Assembly: GCF_964355755.1 (NCBI RefSeq)
Contig: NC_092672.1
Location: forward strand, 16,058,001 to 16,122,000
Source of the DNA: Antedon mediterranea
Taxonomy: Eukaryota; Animalia; Echinodermata
Direction of reading: 5' to 3'
DNA length: 64,000 nt
The position numbers and the translations under genes were made by a program. The notes beneath the pieces are model-generated. The model saw nothing but the letters and a program-made list of their open reading frames with translations, had not been told where the DNA came from and did no database searches. Positions 12,897 to 25,873 of this stretch are shown here, piece after piece; the stretch's first letter is position 1, and each line of letters opens with the position of its first letter.

Positions 12897-15072
12897 CTGC
12901 AAAATAAAATATATCAATTCCCTTTACATTTAAAAATTAGACTGATAAAAAGATACGGGACAGGACCAAATCTCTAATACAGTATATCTATCTATAAAGG
13001 CAAACACAAAAAGTTTGTCACGCAAGCCACCGTATGACATACCATTCGTCTGACATTTACACCCAACATCCATCTTATGGTCATGTACTTATGGGCTAAT
13101 ATAAAAAGTTTGTAAACCAAATATTTACTGAACAGTATTTATTACTCAGTCAGCTTCTGCTTACTGGGTTTTAATTCACAAATGACACTCTGTTTCTTTC
13201 CTTCTTTCTTTCAGACAATTGTGAAAAAGCATACTACACCCTGTAGTTTCAGACACGACATTTGACAAACATGTTTGGCTTATCTTCCTTGGTGGGTGGG
13301 TGCAGCTCGGTATAAGAAAAAAACGAGTTAGGTAGTCAAACCTCAAAATGTTCAAATTGCTCTGATCACACTGAAACTTGGGAGTGTGAATCATGTAGGG
13401 CTCTGCTAGGTCATGCAATGTCAAAGTAAAGATTCAATTCAGAGACTAGGGTCTGCAGAGTCTTCAAACTTCATTGGTATAAGAAAAAACGAGTTAGGTT
13501 GCCAAGGGAAAATCTTAAAATTTCAAATTGCTCCAATCGAGGTGAAATTTTATGAAAACAATCCCGAGGATATGGTGAGTATGAATCCAATATCAAGGAG
13601 AAGGCCAAACAAGGTCATGCAATCAATTTAACATTGACGATTGATGTGCACTATTCTGTGGTCTTTTTTCGTCCAGTATCAGTCAATCTAGCATTTTGAG
13701 TGAAACAAATTGCAAACAGAGAATTGTCTTTCTGAAATGGTCACATATGATGACATCAAAATTTGAGCATCACATTCCCTGTCACTCATCCTGATGATAT
13801 TACCAAAAATTAGCTTAATTGTACAAATTAGGGTAACATTTTCAATATTTGCAAATGATGATAATTAAAACAACTGTATAGACTTTGTTTTGGCCTCAAA
13901 TGACTCATATACAGGTTCCCAATAGCCAGCATAGGATCGTTTACGCACCTCGCAGTATGAAAATTTTGTACTAGTTATGTAAAATATGGAAATTACAGTG
14001 TTAACGTATCTCAAAAACTAGATATATGGTAACACTGTAATTTCACCCATTGTACTACTATTTGCATATGTTTGAGGGGCGAGTGGCAAATGCGTGATTC
14101 TAAATTCTAAATACTAAATGCTGACTATTAGAAACCTGTATCGAAGTCATTTGAGGCCAAAACAAAGGCTCTACAGACATTTTATTTGCATTATACGCAA
14201 ATATTCTATTGAGAAATGGGGTCGAGGGTTAAATGTCATATTTCTGGTCATTTTTCGTAAAAGCATTAGCAGCTTTCAAGATATGGGAAGACTTTGATTC
14301 CTAATTTGCATATTTCATGGTGTATGACAAAGGTGTGATTTTAGGAATTACAAAGTGGTCCTATGCTGGCTAACCTGTATCAAAGTCATTTGACGCCAAA
14401 ACAAAGATTCGACAGATAATAGCCTCATTATATATGCAAATATTGAGAAATGGGGTCGGAAGTTAAATGTCATACTTCCTGTCATTTTTAAAAAAGGAAA
14501 TGTTACATTAAGAGATATAACTTATTGACTGCCAACTTCGAACTTATGCGAAAAGGACGCCACCTCTCGCTGTACCAAATTTTTGCATTTAGCGAATAGC
14601 CTAATTGTTCTGGTTGTGCAAAAATGTCTGATAAACTTGGTTGTATTATTTATTTTTTCAAATTATCAATAGTTTATTAGTTATTTGCAAAATAATACTA
14701 CCCAGTCAAAAATTGTGTTTATTCTGACATTAATAAAAAATGAGCTGGCAACCAGGGAATGCCCCACTGAAATATACTGGCAGTGCAGAACAATAGGCCA
14801 ATTAAAATCCAGTAGTCAATGGGTTAAATATATATATTCTGAATAAATCATTGAAAAAATCTAGACTAGTTGTTTTTGAGATATGGTAATCCTGTAATGT
14901 TATTCTAATTTGCATATTTAAGCTAATTTGCATATCTTTGGGATTAGTGAAAGAGGTGTGATGCTCTTCTTATCATATATGACCATTTAAAAAAGAAACA
15001 TATTTGTTTGGTTTAAGTTCACTTGTGCTAAAAATATTGATCATATAAGGATCCACAAAGAGTGATAGTTAC

Positions 15073-15169
15073 CTCGTTTGAAATCTAGTAAAAACCATCT
15101 GTAACAGAAATAGAAGTGAGTGTAGTCACCATTCTGGTGCATGTGTTCAAACATCTCTGCATCTAGAAC
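15073..15169 (-). CDS. SGSM: SGSM TBC exon
   Basis: [32 protein letters not shown]; tatag / GTAACT; 97 bp. Confidence 0.96.
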
Positions 15170-15459
15170 CTATAATTAATAAAACAATAAGCACAGAACA
15201 TAAGCAGGGCAGAAGGAAAATAAATTTTCTAGCATTTCATAAATTCTATAGGTGAGCATATAACTTGTTCCATTTTTTAGAAGAGAAAAGGAACACATTT
15301 TAATGGCGCAATTAAAATACAGACAGTGTATTTTGGAACAACTTTACGCTGCAACACAAAATAATGGTTTATTACTTTGAAAGCTGTTGGGTCAACTACA
15401 TTACCGTGGAGGTTACCTTTTAGTGCATTGTATTTTGGCATTCCAAACTCATGAATTAC

Positions 15460-15569
15460 CTGAATAAGAGATCTCATATTAGCAAAATGCGTATCCATAG
15501 CACCTCCATGAGGAAAATTTTTAGACATCCTTTTCATCAGTTCACAGAAACAATTATAAGTCTTAGCCT
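15460..15569 (-). CDS. SGSM: SGSM TBC exon
   Basis: [37 protein letters not shown]; ttgcag / GTAATT; 110 bp. Confidence 0.96.
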
Positions 15570-15985
15570 CTGCAATAGAACAAACAGCCAAGGTATATTG
15601 ATAATTAAAATTATTTAAAATAGTTTACCTGATAAAAGCATAATTTAAAGAACAAAATATTCAACCAGAAGCCATTGCCTGGAAGCTTTTGATTAAACTG
15701 TTTATTTTGTCTTTATAGTAAATGACACCCCTAGATGGCCGGAAATGGTACTCTCGCACGTAAAATTCATGATAAATAGAAATGACACTCTGGCTACAGT
15801 AGCAAGGGGAAGTGAAGATAAATATGGTACTACGGAAATACTTAAATGACGGGGAACCCCAGGCAAAATGCAATGATTATGGAGAAATCAACGACCCATA
15901 TGACAGGGTTTACCACAAACACAGTGTGTGGTGGCCTTTCGTACCTTCTCATGCACACAAGCAATCCAAACAGTCAACAAACAAC

Positions 15986-16098
15986 AAAAACACTGACCGC
16001 CGGTAAATTATGCACGGTATTGTTGACTGCTGGTTAATTTTCAAAAACACTGACCGCAGGTAAATTATGCACGGTATTGTTGACTGCTGGTTAATTTT
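15986..16098. repeat. Tandem duplication of an about 57-bp unit
   Basis: aaaaacactgaccgc.ggtaaattatgcacggtattgttgactgctggttaatttt twice, one mismatch. Confidence 0.9.
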
Positions 16099-17189
16099 AC
16101 GCTGCAGTCTGTCAATTTACATAAGTCTATAGTCTTTTCCAACCCTGGACTTCTATAATGTTAACAGTTAATCTAAAATATGATGAAAGGAGGTCTAAAT
16201 TTTAATTTAGTGGCAGAAAAAAACATTTACGCCCGTATTCTTAAACCAGACTTTAGTCATAGTTTGAGCTAAAACTTTAAAAATGACGTCATTTTAATTC
16301 ATAAACGAACTTCAACTAAATCGCCGATTAAATCAGGCCAACCTAGACTAAATCGAGACGGATTTTGATCAATTTTTTTTAGTCCTCGAGGGGCAGGCTA
16401 AATGGTCGACTAAATGGTATTTAAATAAGGTTTATAAAAAATCTAACAGTCATTGAGTTGTTATATTATCCAGATATTGAAGAAGGAACTATAAATTTTT
16501 ATATTAGCTTAATTAAATATACATTGGTATATGTTATGATATAATAATAATAATAAAAAATATATAATGAAAATCATCTTTATTTACAACCATATACAAA
16601 TTACATTATTTTCTTTGCGCAAGTCCGACTACGTCACGCCATAGCGACAATGGGAGATGCGGAAATTCACCACGCGATGGAATGTTTAGGGGGCCTAGTG
16701 TTTTCTTGTCACGCTATGAAGTGCATGGTTTGTACCGCCATGGTTCCTAAATATATTTTAAAGATTTTGCTTGTTGTTATTAAAAAGTACTTCACTGTTA
16801 AATTAATTTTGTATCCATTCTACAAAACAATTTAATAATGTTGGGTTTCCCTGAGAGCCAAATAGGGCGACACTATTTTGTGATATCTTTTTGATGAGCG
16901 ATTGTGAAACAGGATCTAACAGACCCTTCTAATGATCCACAGTATGTGCTCAATGATAATGCCCTTAATTGCAACATCTACCATGGTAAGGAAGTTCACT
17001 CTTTTACCATATTATGTATGTATGTTTAGTGACATAATTGGTCAAGGGATTAAACCCTTTACAGTGTGTCATTGCATAACAAGTGCTGAATTTACATAAT
17101 ATGCAAATTGATTTATATAAAAATTTGATCACGATTTTTAATGACCATAAAAGCATTGGTTTTCATGCATTGTTTGAATAATGTAAGGT

Positions 17190-17461
17190 ATATTTGCAAA
17201 TTATTTATATAAGAAAAAGTAGATCTTAGAGTAAAGATTAGAAAGGAAATAGCAACCCGAATAAATCAAACATAGGAGTACCACAGTACAGGGAGACTGT
17301 CTTAGTCCCATCCTTTTCACTACATATCTAGCACATATCCTACAAAAAATATAAACAAGAGCAATAACAAAAACAATATACACTCAAATTCACATTAAAC
17401 ATTCAATATGCAGATGACATATCTTTTGTATCTACCTTACAAGAATACACAAATGAAAGAT
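17190..17461 (+). mobile_element. Degenerate RTE-type LINE, left part (RT core)
   Basis: IGVPQ..GDCLSPILFTTYL and QYADDISFVST motifs with frameshifts; boundaries approximate. Confidence 0.75.
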
Positions 17462-19208
17462 CACAGACAAGATCAAGATCATCAGAGACGACTTCAAGAT
17501 TGATGACATGTCATTTAATGAGCCTGTGACAGCTCATCATCAGCATCTCACAACATTTACACCAGCATCTCAAGATGAGATCCGCAACATTCTGATGAAA
17601 TCACCAACAAAATCATGCAGGTTAGATCCAGTTCCTACTTCTATACTGAAGAAGTGTATAGACGCAGTCGTTCCAATAATAACGGAAATCATTAACCATT
17701 CTCTTAATACCGGCATAGTGCCAGATGAACTGAAAATTGCTCACGTTCGTCCTTTAATAAAAAAGCAAAACTTGGATCATAACACGCTGAAAAATTACCG
17801 CCCGGTGTCGAATCTTTCTTTTCTTGGAAAGACTCTGGAGCGTGTAGTGACATCACGCATTACTCCATATCTTCAAAAGCATAATTTAAATGAGAATTAC
17901 CAGTCGGCATATCGTGCATGTCATAGCACGGAGAGTTCCCTTTTAAAGGTACAGAATGATTTGTTACAAGGAATGAATGATGGGAAAATAACGCTATTGG
18001 TGTTGTTGGATTTGTCAGCAGCGTTTGATACAGTTGATCACCAAAGACTGATAACCCGTCTGAGAAATCGCATTGGCATAAATGGTGTTGCTCTTAACTG
18101 GTTCCAGTCATATCTTACAGGAAGACGTCAGCTAGTCTGTATCAATGATGCATTCTCAGATGAAGCTTGCCTGGAATATGGTGTACCACAGGGGTCAGTA
18201 ATTGGGCCTGGCCAGTTTTCCATTTATACGCTTCCCCTTGGTGACATTATTCGCAAACACAGTCTACATTTCCATTTCTATGCAGATGATACACAGATTT
18301 ATGTGTCAGTAAATCCAGTGCAAAGGGATGTTGCTGCAGCAATCAGTAAGATGGAAGCCTGTATAGAAGATGTTCGCAATTGGATGACAACAAATTACCT
18401 AAAGTTGAATGATGGAAAGACAGAGTTTATTATCGTCGGGTCTAAATGTAACATCTCCAAAATCAACATCACACATATCAGAATCGGAAACTCTAACATC
18501 GCTCCCTCATCGGTGGTCCGGAATCTGGGAATCATGCTGGATAGTAATCTCACTATGGAAGCACAAATAACAACTGTATCCAAAGCAGCATGCATATCGA
18601 TTAGGAACCTTGGTCGTATTCGCGGTAATCTTAACAAGAAAACAGCTGAATTGATTGTACACTCATTTGTCACTTCTAAAATTGACATTGGTAATGCCTT
18701 GTTGTTTGGCATACCAAAATCTCAAATACAACGTTTGCAGCGCTTGCAAAATATGGCAGCTAGAATTGTAACTTATACAAAATCAAACGCTCACATAACT
18801 CCTGTCCTGATGGATTTGCATTGGTTGCCTGTTCAACAACGTATTAAGTACAAACTTGCGTTGTTTGTATTCAAGATCCTAAATGACAGTGCTCCTGCTT
18901 ATTTATCTGACCTTGTGGATCGTTACGAATCATCCCGCAGAGGCCTACGATCATTGTCACAAAACCTTCTTCAAGAGCGTAGAGCGAAAAATCAGTGGGG
19001 TCAGAGATCTTTTTACGTTGCGGCCGCAAGTGTATGGAACAGCTTACCAGCAACAGTTAAATGCTCAACTAGTCTAAACAGTTTCAAGACCAACCTAAAG
19101 ACGTCACTATTCGCTGATGTTCTCGCACGTTGTTAATGCACAAAGCGCCATGAGCGCCACATGGGTGGAGGATACCGGCGCTATATAAGTTTTCATTTAT
19201 TATTATTA
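17462..19208 (+). mobile_element. 5'-truncated L2/CR1-group LINE
   Basis: Open RT frame; 3' tail aagcgccatgag...ggcgctatataagt followed by (TTA)n. Confidence 0.9.
17508..19136 (+). CDS. LINE ORF2 reverse transcriptase (C-terminal portion, uninterrupted)
   Basis: NYRPVSNL, LLDLSAAFDTVDH, GVPQGSVIGP, FYADDTQIY, LHWLPV motifs; 542 codons without stop; the ATG is internal to a truncated ORF. Confidence 0.92.
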   Translation: MSFNEPVTAHHQHLTTFTPASQDEIRNILMKSPTKSCRLDPVPTSILKKCIDAVVPIITEIINHSLNTGIVPDELKIAHVRPLIKKQNLDHNTLKNYRPVSNLSFLGKTLERVVTSRITPYLQKHNLNENYQSAYRACHSTESSLLKVQNDLLQGMNDGKITLLVLLDLSAAFDTVDHQRLITRLRNRIGINGVALNWFQSYLTGRRQLVCINDAFSDEACLEYGVPQGSVIGPGQFSIYTLPLGDIIRKHSLHFHFYADDTQIYVSVNPVQRDVAAAISKMEACIEDVRNWMTTNYLKLNDGKTEFIIVGSKCNISKINITHIRIGNSNIAPSSVVRNLGIMLDSNLTMEAQITTVSKAACISIRNLGRIRGNLNKKTAELIVHSFVTSKIDIGNALLFGIPKSQIQRLQRLQNMAARIVTYTKSNAHITPVLMDLHWLPVQQRIKYKLALFVFKILNDSAPAYLSDLVDRYESSRRGLRSLSQNLLQERRAKNQWGQRSFYVAAASVWNSLPATVKCSTSLNSFKTNLKTSLFADVLARC

Positions 19209-19860
19209 AATAAAAATTCCACAGTATCTACAAGACTATAATCTAAAAGTTAACCTGTCAAAAAACACAAGATTTTAAAATAAAAAGGAAGGGAAATGAA
19301 GACTGGCAAAACTGCAAATTCCTTTTAAGTAAGAAAGAGGATGTAAATAACAAAAAACGTCCTGCATTAGCAGCTTTCAGCAAGATCACATACTCCAAAA
19401 TAGAAAAATGACAATAAACCTGAAAATTAGTCTTCAATGTATACATCACTATCATCTTTCTGTATAATTGTGAACTGTGGACAATGACAGTATCATTACA
19501 GAGCGAAATCGACGTCTTTCAAAGAAAATTCCTATAGAGAATAATAGGTATAAGGTGGCCGGAAAAAATTAAAAATGAAGATTTGTACAAAAGAACAGGA
19601 GAAATTGAGTGGAGTAAGAACATAAAGAAAAGAAGGTTGACATGGTATGGTCAACTGCTCCGTTTAAATGAAACCACATCAGCTAAGATCGCACCCGGAG
19701 AGGCTCAGAGAAAGACAAAAAGGAAGACCAAAAACAACATGGATGGCAAACATAAAAAAGGAAACAGAACTTTTCACATGCGGACCTCTACACATTCTTG
19801 CTAAAAAACATACTGAGTGGCGAACACAAGTAAGACGTGCAATGTTTAACGACGATTAGT
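19209..19860 (+). mobile_element. Degenerate RTE-type LINE, right part
   Basis: YNLKVNLSKT, FLYNCELWT, KRRLTWYGQLLRL, GRPKTTW motifs; continues the RT broken at about 17461. Confidence 0.8.
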
Positions 19861-20377
19861 TTGATGATTTATATAAGTTAAATATAATTTTAGACAAATT
19901 TTCTTAACAAGTGGTCAAAAATAGTTTTAGGTCAGTTTTGGCAAAAGTTCTCAATTAAAGTATATTTTATTTCAGATTTCTATACAATAGTTCTTTTTAT
20001 ATAACACCTAAATAAAATAACTGTCATTTGATTGGACGATTGTGGGTCACATGGCGTGCAACAGTATGCCCTATTGAATGTTCGTTCAATAATACTTTTT
20101 TTTTGTGTATGAAAAAAATTATCTTTTTGCATTTGGAGAATATTTTATTTATTTTATACTATTAATTTTCACGACGGAAATACATTTTTTGAAATATATA
20201 TGTACTAATTTAGACCTAACAAAATTAATTAATGGGAACATCTCTACAAGACATAGAAAAAAACAGAATTAGCCTAGATGAGTTCCAGTTGCCTGTTGAA
20301 GGTTCGTAATGGTATCGCTGCCTTTCTAGCCTAGATAGGCCTTCTGTTAGTATTAAACTGGGCTTGAGTGGACTTAC

Positions 20378-20585
20378 CATCATCCATAATGACTAGTAGT
20401 GGAGCAACCAAGTCACACATTCCTTGTACATAGCCAACATCAAGATGCTCCCATACATATGTACACATAATGTTGCGCAGTTTTTCTAGATTACCATCAT
20501 TAAAGTAGTAGTAATTACGATCACACCTCTGAACATCCTTGTCTATTCTGTGCAAGTTTAGGGAAAATGTGTCCAACAATTCAGT
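20378..20585 (-). CDS. SGSM: SGSM TBC exon carrying catalytic R finger (IxxDxxR) and Q finger (YxQ)
   Basis: [25 protein letters not shown]...[19 protein letters not shown]; cttag / GTAAGT; 208 bp. Confidence 0.96.
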
Positions 20586-20664
20586 CTAAGAAATAATAAA
20601 ATTATAATAATAATATTACGAATTAATAGACTATATATAACTTTACAATAAAATTTAATGACAA

Positions 20665-21357
20665 AAAACAAGATCGACGTTTCAGAACCATCATGGAACC
20701 ATTTTCAAGATTAAGTGTTCAAATTATACAAAAACAACAAACACCAATGGGTGACAGAAAATACTAATTGATTGGTTAATTAACATCAAAGAAGGCAATA
20801 CTAAGAACTTAAGTATTAAGCTCCTCCTTCTTAATTAATAAAAACTGTTTGTTTATTAAGTGTAGGTTTCAGTTCTTTGATCCAAAGCATTTCCTTAATC
20901 AAACAATCAAATTTGGATTTGCACTCAGACAATATTCTAAAATGATCAAAAGTTTCAATAGGACTTATATTATGTTGCTTAAAATGCTCTCCTATGGTGC
21001 CTTTACTGTGTTCATCAATACGTAGATAAGGTGCCGACAAGTATAGCCGACATAGTTTGCACAAACCACATTGAAATTTATATACAACGCATTGCTGATT
21101 TACAATCATAGGTTTTCTTTCCTTAGATTCAAGAATTTCACCTAACTTTCTACTAGGTAAAAACTGGCATAATATTATTGTTTAACTTGCAACTAAGTTG
21201 TTTGAGTTGTTTCGTCACAGTATTAGAGCAGATTTGATCCTTAAAAGGAAGAACAATTCTAATTATAGGCTGTTCAGCACTATCTTGACTAGTAGTATTA
21301 TGGTTATCATTGTTATGAAGATTAACAACAGATTTCTTAAAATCTTTAATTATCCTA
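20665..21357 (-). mobile_element. Penelope-like element 3' part with GIY-YIG endonuclease
   Basis: IVLPFKDQ, CVVYKFQCGLC...RIDEH...IKEMLWIKELKPTLNKQ; frameshifted. Confidence 0.88.
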
Positions 21358-24152
21358 TTTTTTTTCCATTTTTCATTTATTCATTTAGCATCCATTCAAC
21401 AATACATTTAAAATACATAGCAAAGAAAAAATACAAACAATTGGAATATTAAAATTGAATAAAACCAAAGTGAATGGATGCAAGGACGACCCATAAAATC
21501 GACATGTCAATTTATTTCCAATGGTGTCCATTGCAAGAGAAATCGGAGATGTGAAAGTGAACAAGGATCATAAGAAAAACATATGGAAATTTGAAAGACA
21601 TAAAAAAAACCATAAAAAATCACATATCAAATGTTAAAAAGGTAATTTAAAAAAAAGAACAATAAAAAAAAATATAAAGTGAAGAGCAACAATATCATAA
21701 AACCGGAATATATAAAATCAGATAGGAATATCAACGATGAGACTTCTTAATATAATTTTAAAAATAGATTGATTATTGATGGATTATAGATCATTGGGAA
21801 GAGCATTCCAGTCCTTGATTCCTATATTGTAGAAAGCTTTAGATTCGATACCCTAGCTTTGTGAACAATAAAGTTGTATATACTGTTCCGGGTGAGGTGA
21901 CCATGAAAATTACAGAATCTAGAATATTGTGAATACATGTAAGAGGCGTGTCGGTTATGAAAAATGTTAAAAACATGACATAACCTAAGATATTTAACTC
22001 TAGTCTCAACATTAAGGTAACTGAGGCTAGAAAGCTCTTCTCGTTCAATATGAAACATATAATTAGCACCCAGAATAAAGCGTGCCATCTTATTCTGATT
22101 AACTTGCAATTTACGTTTAAGACATTTATTTAGATTGGAATACCAAGAACAGGCACCATAGTCAAATAAGCACTGAATTAGTGCGGAACATAACTGTTTT
22201 CTGGAAGATAGAGATAAACATTGTTTATTCCTATAAAGAAAACGAAGTCTACCGTTAATTATAGAAATAATATGATTAATAACACTGGAAAAACTAAGTG
22301 ATTGATCAAGTTCGATGCCAAGGTAGACTGTTGATCTAGCTTTGATTGTGTGCCCATTAAACGCAACACAGAGCTCCCTCACAATACTTTGTTTTTTCTT
22401 ACAGCAAAACACAATAAGTTCAGTTTTACCAGCATGCAAAGAAAGCCTATTATCAATTAACCATTTGCTACAAATTTCAAGAACTTTACCAAGTTTGATA
22501 TAAAAAACATCTGAGTCAGTGCGAGCAAAGATTATAGCACTATCATCTGCGTAGAGAAGAAGAGTACAATCTTGATCAATGCAAATAGACATATCATTTA
22601 TGTAAATTAAAAATAAAAATGCTGCCCTGCGGGACACCGCAAGAGATTGCCTGGCTTCATATAGTTTGTGTTCAATGCTAACTAACTGGCTCCTTGTGGA
22701 AAGATATGATCAAAACCATTCAACACTGTTCACGCCAATCTTGGCAAGTTTTTTACACAAGATGCTGTGGTCGACAGTATCAAACGCCTTTTGAAGATCA
22801 ATAAGCACCATGCCTGTGTAGAGGCCATGAAAGATATTACTTTTAATTTGGTTAACAAGATTAATTAAACACGACTAAGTAGAGTGCGACTCTCTGAATT
22901 CAGACTGATATTTAAAAAGAAGCTTACAATTATTAAGATAGTTATTAAGTTGATTGGATATGCACCTTTCAAGAATCTTAGAGAGGGCTGGGAGAATGCT
23001 AATTGGTCGGTAATTTTCCATTTGAGTTCGGTTCTTTTTTTTGTGGAGGGGAATAATTTTGGCAACTTTCATAGAGTCCGGAACTTCATTTTTAGAGATA
23101 GAAATGTTAATAAGTTGGGTAATAATTGGCGTCAGCGTCTCCAAGCCATCTCTCAAGAATCTGGAAGAGATCCTATTCAATCCAGTACTAGTATGGGTTT
23201 TAAGTCGTTTTAGTTCCTGTAACACATTATCAGTAGAAACAGGAGACAGTTTAAAAGAATTATTGATGTTAGAAAGGTAAAACAACTTAAAGGCATCAGA
23301 CACAGTACTAAAAATACCACTGCAAGAAGCAAGTTTATTCACAAGAGCAGATGCTACACCAGTATAATAAACGTTAAATTGATTGGCGACATCTTTGGGG
23401 TTAAAAAAGCTTTTAACATTAGCTTCAATAATTATTTTAGTTTTATAGACTTGTATCTTTTTGTGAGAAACCAAGATTCTTAAGTTTATTCCATAGCTTT
23501 TTTGGGTTATCTTTATTTTCTTCAAGCTTATCTTTAAAAAAGGATGACTTTGCCTTTTTAACCATTTGTTGAACCTGATTACGTTTAACACAATAATTCT
23601 TGTATAATTCTTTGTTAGATTTATCTTTTTTAAATTTGTTAAGAAATGCATCTCTAAGATGAATCGCGTTTATAATGTCATCATTAAGCCATGGATTAAC
23701 TTTTTTCTTTAGGTGAACCTGTTTTAAGGTGGTAAGGGTGTCAGTAACATGTTGCATTATTGAGATAAATTTGGACCGAGCAGTTTTGTATCATGACAAT
23801 TCAGAACATCTGACCAATCAGTTTCTGCAAGCTTATTATTTAAAGCCTCAGTCGAGTAATTTTTCATAGACCTAAATTCGGACATCATTATGTTGTCCAT
23901 TTTTCTCACTAGAGAATTTTAATTTCCAAGTACAAAAAACAGCAAAGTGGTCGGATATACCAATAGTAATAGCACCTGATTGGTTAATCTTTTCAGGTGA
24001 GTTTACAAAGAACATGATCAATGGAAGAAGAAGAGTGATCAGATATTCTGGTTTCATCAGTGATCATATTGTACATACAGTTTCTACTTAGGTAGTTAGA
24101 ATAGCCTGTCCAAAGAGAAGATGACTTTTTGATGCTACAATATTTACATCAC
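21358..24152 (-). mobile_element. 5'-truncated, decayed CR1-group (Crack/Daphne-like) LINE
   Basis: ISDHFAVFC, NPWLNDDI, NYRPISILP, DLQKAFDTVDH, LLYADDSAII across broken frames; A-rich tail at about 21358-21385; candidate 4-bp TSD TAGG. Confidence 0.9.
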
Positions 24153-25235
24153 CCTACTAGTTAGTTCAACAGGATACCTTAATTTGTTAAACATCTTAGA
24201 AATTCTTGAACTTCTTCAAGAAAGATGTCATTAGTAGATGACAACTTGTATGCTTGATTAAGCATAGTATGTACAAGATTTTTCTTATGTTTGTTATCGA
24301 CATGGCAATCGTAATGCAGAAGAAGTCTCTTGTTTGTAGGTTTCCTATAGCCTTTAGTTTCTAATAAACTGTCAGACGTTTTGGAAATGACCATTCCTAA
24401 GAAATTTATAGAGTTATTATGGGCAATTTCCATTGTGAAGTCAATCGCAAAGTGTGTGTTATTTAAAGTCTCTAGAAACTTGTGTGCAGAGTCCTGGTCC
24501 GGCATAAAAGAAATGGTATCAACATATCGTCGGTAGAATGCTGGCATCTTATTAGATGACTGTACGGTGTTTTCCATGTCACACAAAAACATGTTGGCCA
24601 TTAGTGGACCGAGCGGAGAACCCATGGCTACACCGTCGACTTGCTCGAATAAGTCACCATCATATTAAAAAAGTTGTTTTTTAGTCGCAATTGTGAGATC
24701 AATGAGACATTGTTTGTCAATTGACAAGCCATATTGCATGTTAAACCATTAATTCTCAAAAGCTTTCTCAACGAGGATCTTGATAGTCTCATCCAAGGGA
24801 ACATTTGTAAATAGTGAGACACCATCACAAGAAACTATTGGTACCAATGGATGCTGAGCGAATGTCCTTAGCAAAATCGAAAATGTCGGGATAGTAAAGT
24901 CATGGCTTGCTAGTGGTTTCAGTTTTTCATCCAACCATTGTGCTAGTTTAAAGTTGTACGTTCTGCTGGCCGATAGTATAGGCCTTACTGATAATGTTTC
25001 CTTATGTGTTTTGGGGAGACCGTAAAAATGGGTAAGCCTCGCCCCTTGCTGAGTGATTGTCGAATATCACGAACAATACGTGATGCTTGTTTCTCTTTCA
25101 CTATTAGCGGATAGTAGTGTTTGATTGGACTTCCTCTTGATTTAGGTTAGGTTTTACTTACGGGTTTAAATTTTGAAGTGTTGTTAACTGATGCTTCACA
25201 AAAGAGATCATATTGTTGTTTATCCATAATAAATG
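24153..25235 (-). mobile_element. Penelope-like element RT region (pseudogenised)
   Basis: YGLPKTHK, SLFTNVPLDETI, MGSPLGPLMANMF, FYRRYVD, YRKPTN motifs. Confidence 0.9.
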
Positions 25236-25239
25236 TGAA

Positions 25240-25790
25240 CAATTTGCATTGAAACCAGCTCACATGGACGAGAGGTAATACCTGTCTGCTTACGTTTCCT
25301 AGGTATCAAGCCACCCATCCAACCCAAAGAAATGGGAAGTTTTGCTAGACATGTGCCATTTAGAAAGAAAAACTGGCGTGGCAATAAGCGATGCCATTAG
25401 GAAATCACTGGACAATCATAAGATATTACTTTCAAACTGTAGAGGTCAAGCCTATGATACAACAGCTTCTATGAGTTCTAATGCTAAGGGTGTGCATGCA
25501 GAAATTGCAAAACATGCTCCTGATGCACAGTATCTTTTTTAATTTTTTCCTAACATCTTGCGATCTTGCCAATTGGTAGTACGGAGGCAGAAAGATCATT
25601 TTCCTGTCTTAGACGAATACATACTTGGCTTCGTACCACTATGACCACTGAAAGATTGGCTGATCTAGCTGTTATCGGCATGCATGGATTTTCAACTGCA
25701 TTAAATACAAAGCAGATTTGTGACCGCTTTATAGCTTTGCACCCTCGTTGAATGCAGTTCACATCTATTTTGGTCGACTACTAGAGTTTA
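25240..25790 (+). pseudogene. Internally deleted hAT transposase fragment
   Basis: CRGQAYDTTASMS motif joined almost directly to the hAT dimerisation motif AERSFSCLRRIHTWLRTTMTTERL. Confidence 0.85.
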
Positions 25791-25873
25791 ATTTTGGAAC
25801 TTTTTAGGCTGTTCTTAAAGTACCATAACATTTTATTGGTTTCTATTTTTTTAGATATTTATAAGCACCTAAT

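Noticed and set aside
12987-13100. Helitron 5' end (A|TCTATCTATAAAG)
   Set aside because: No linked 3' CTAG/hairpin nearby; the motif is too short to call alone.
17508-25235. Several RTs plus a GIY-YIG nuclease as a novel RT-nuclease system (retron/DGR-like)
   Set aside because: Fully explained by nested eukaryotic retroelements (L2/CR1, RTE, Penelope) with recoverable junctions.
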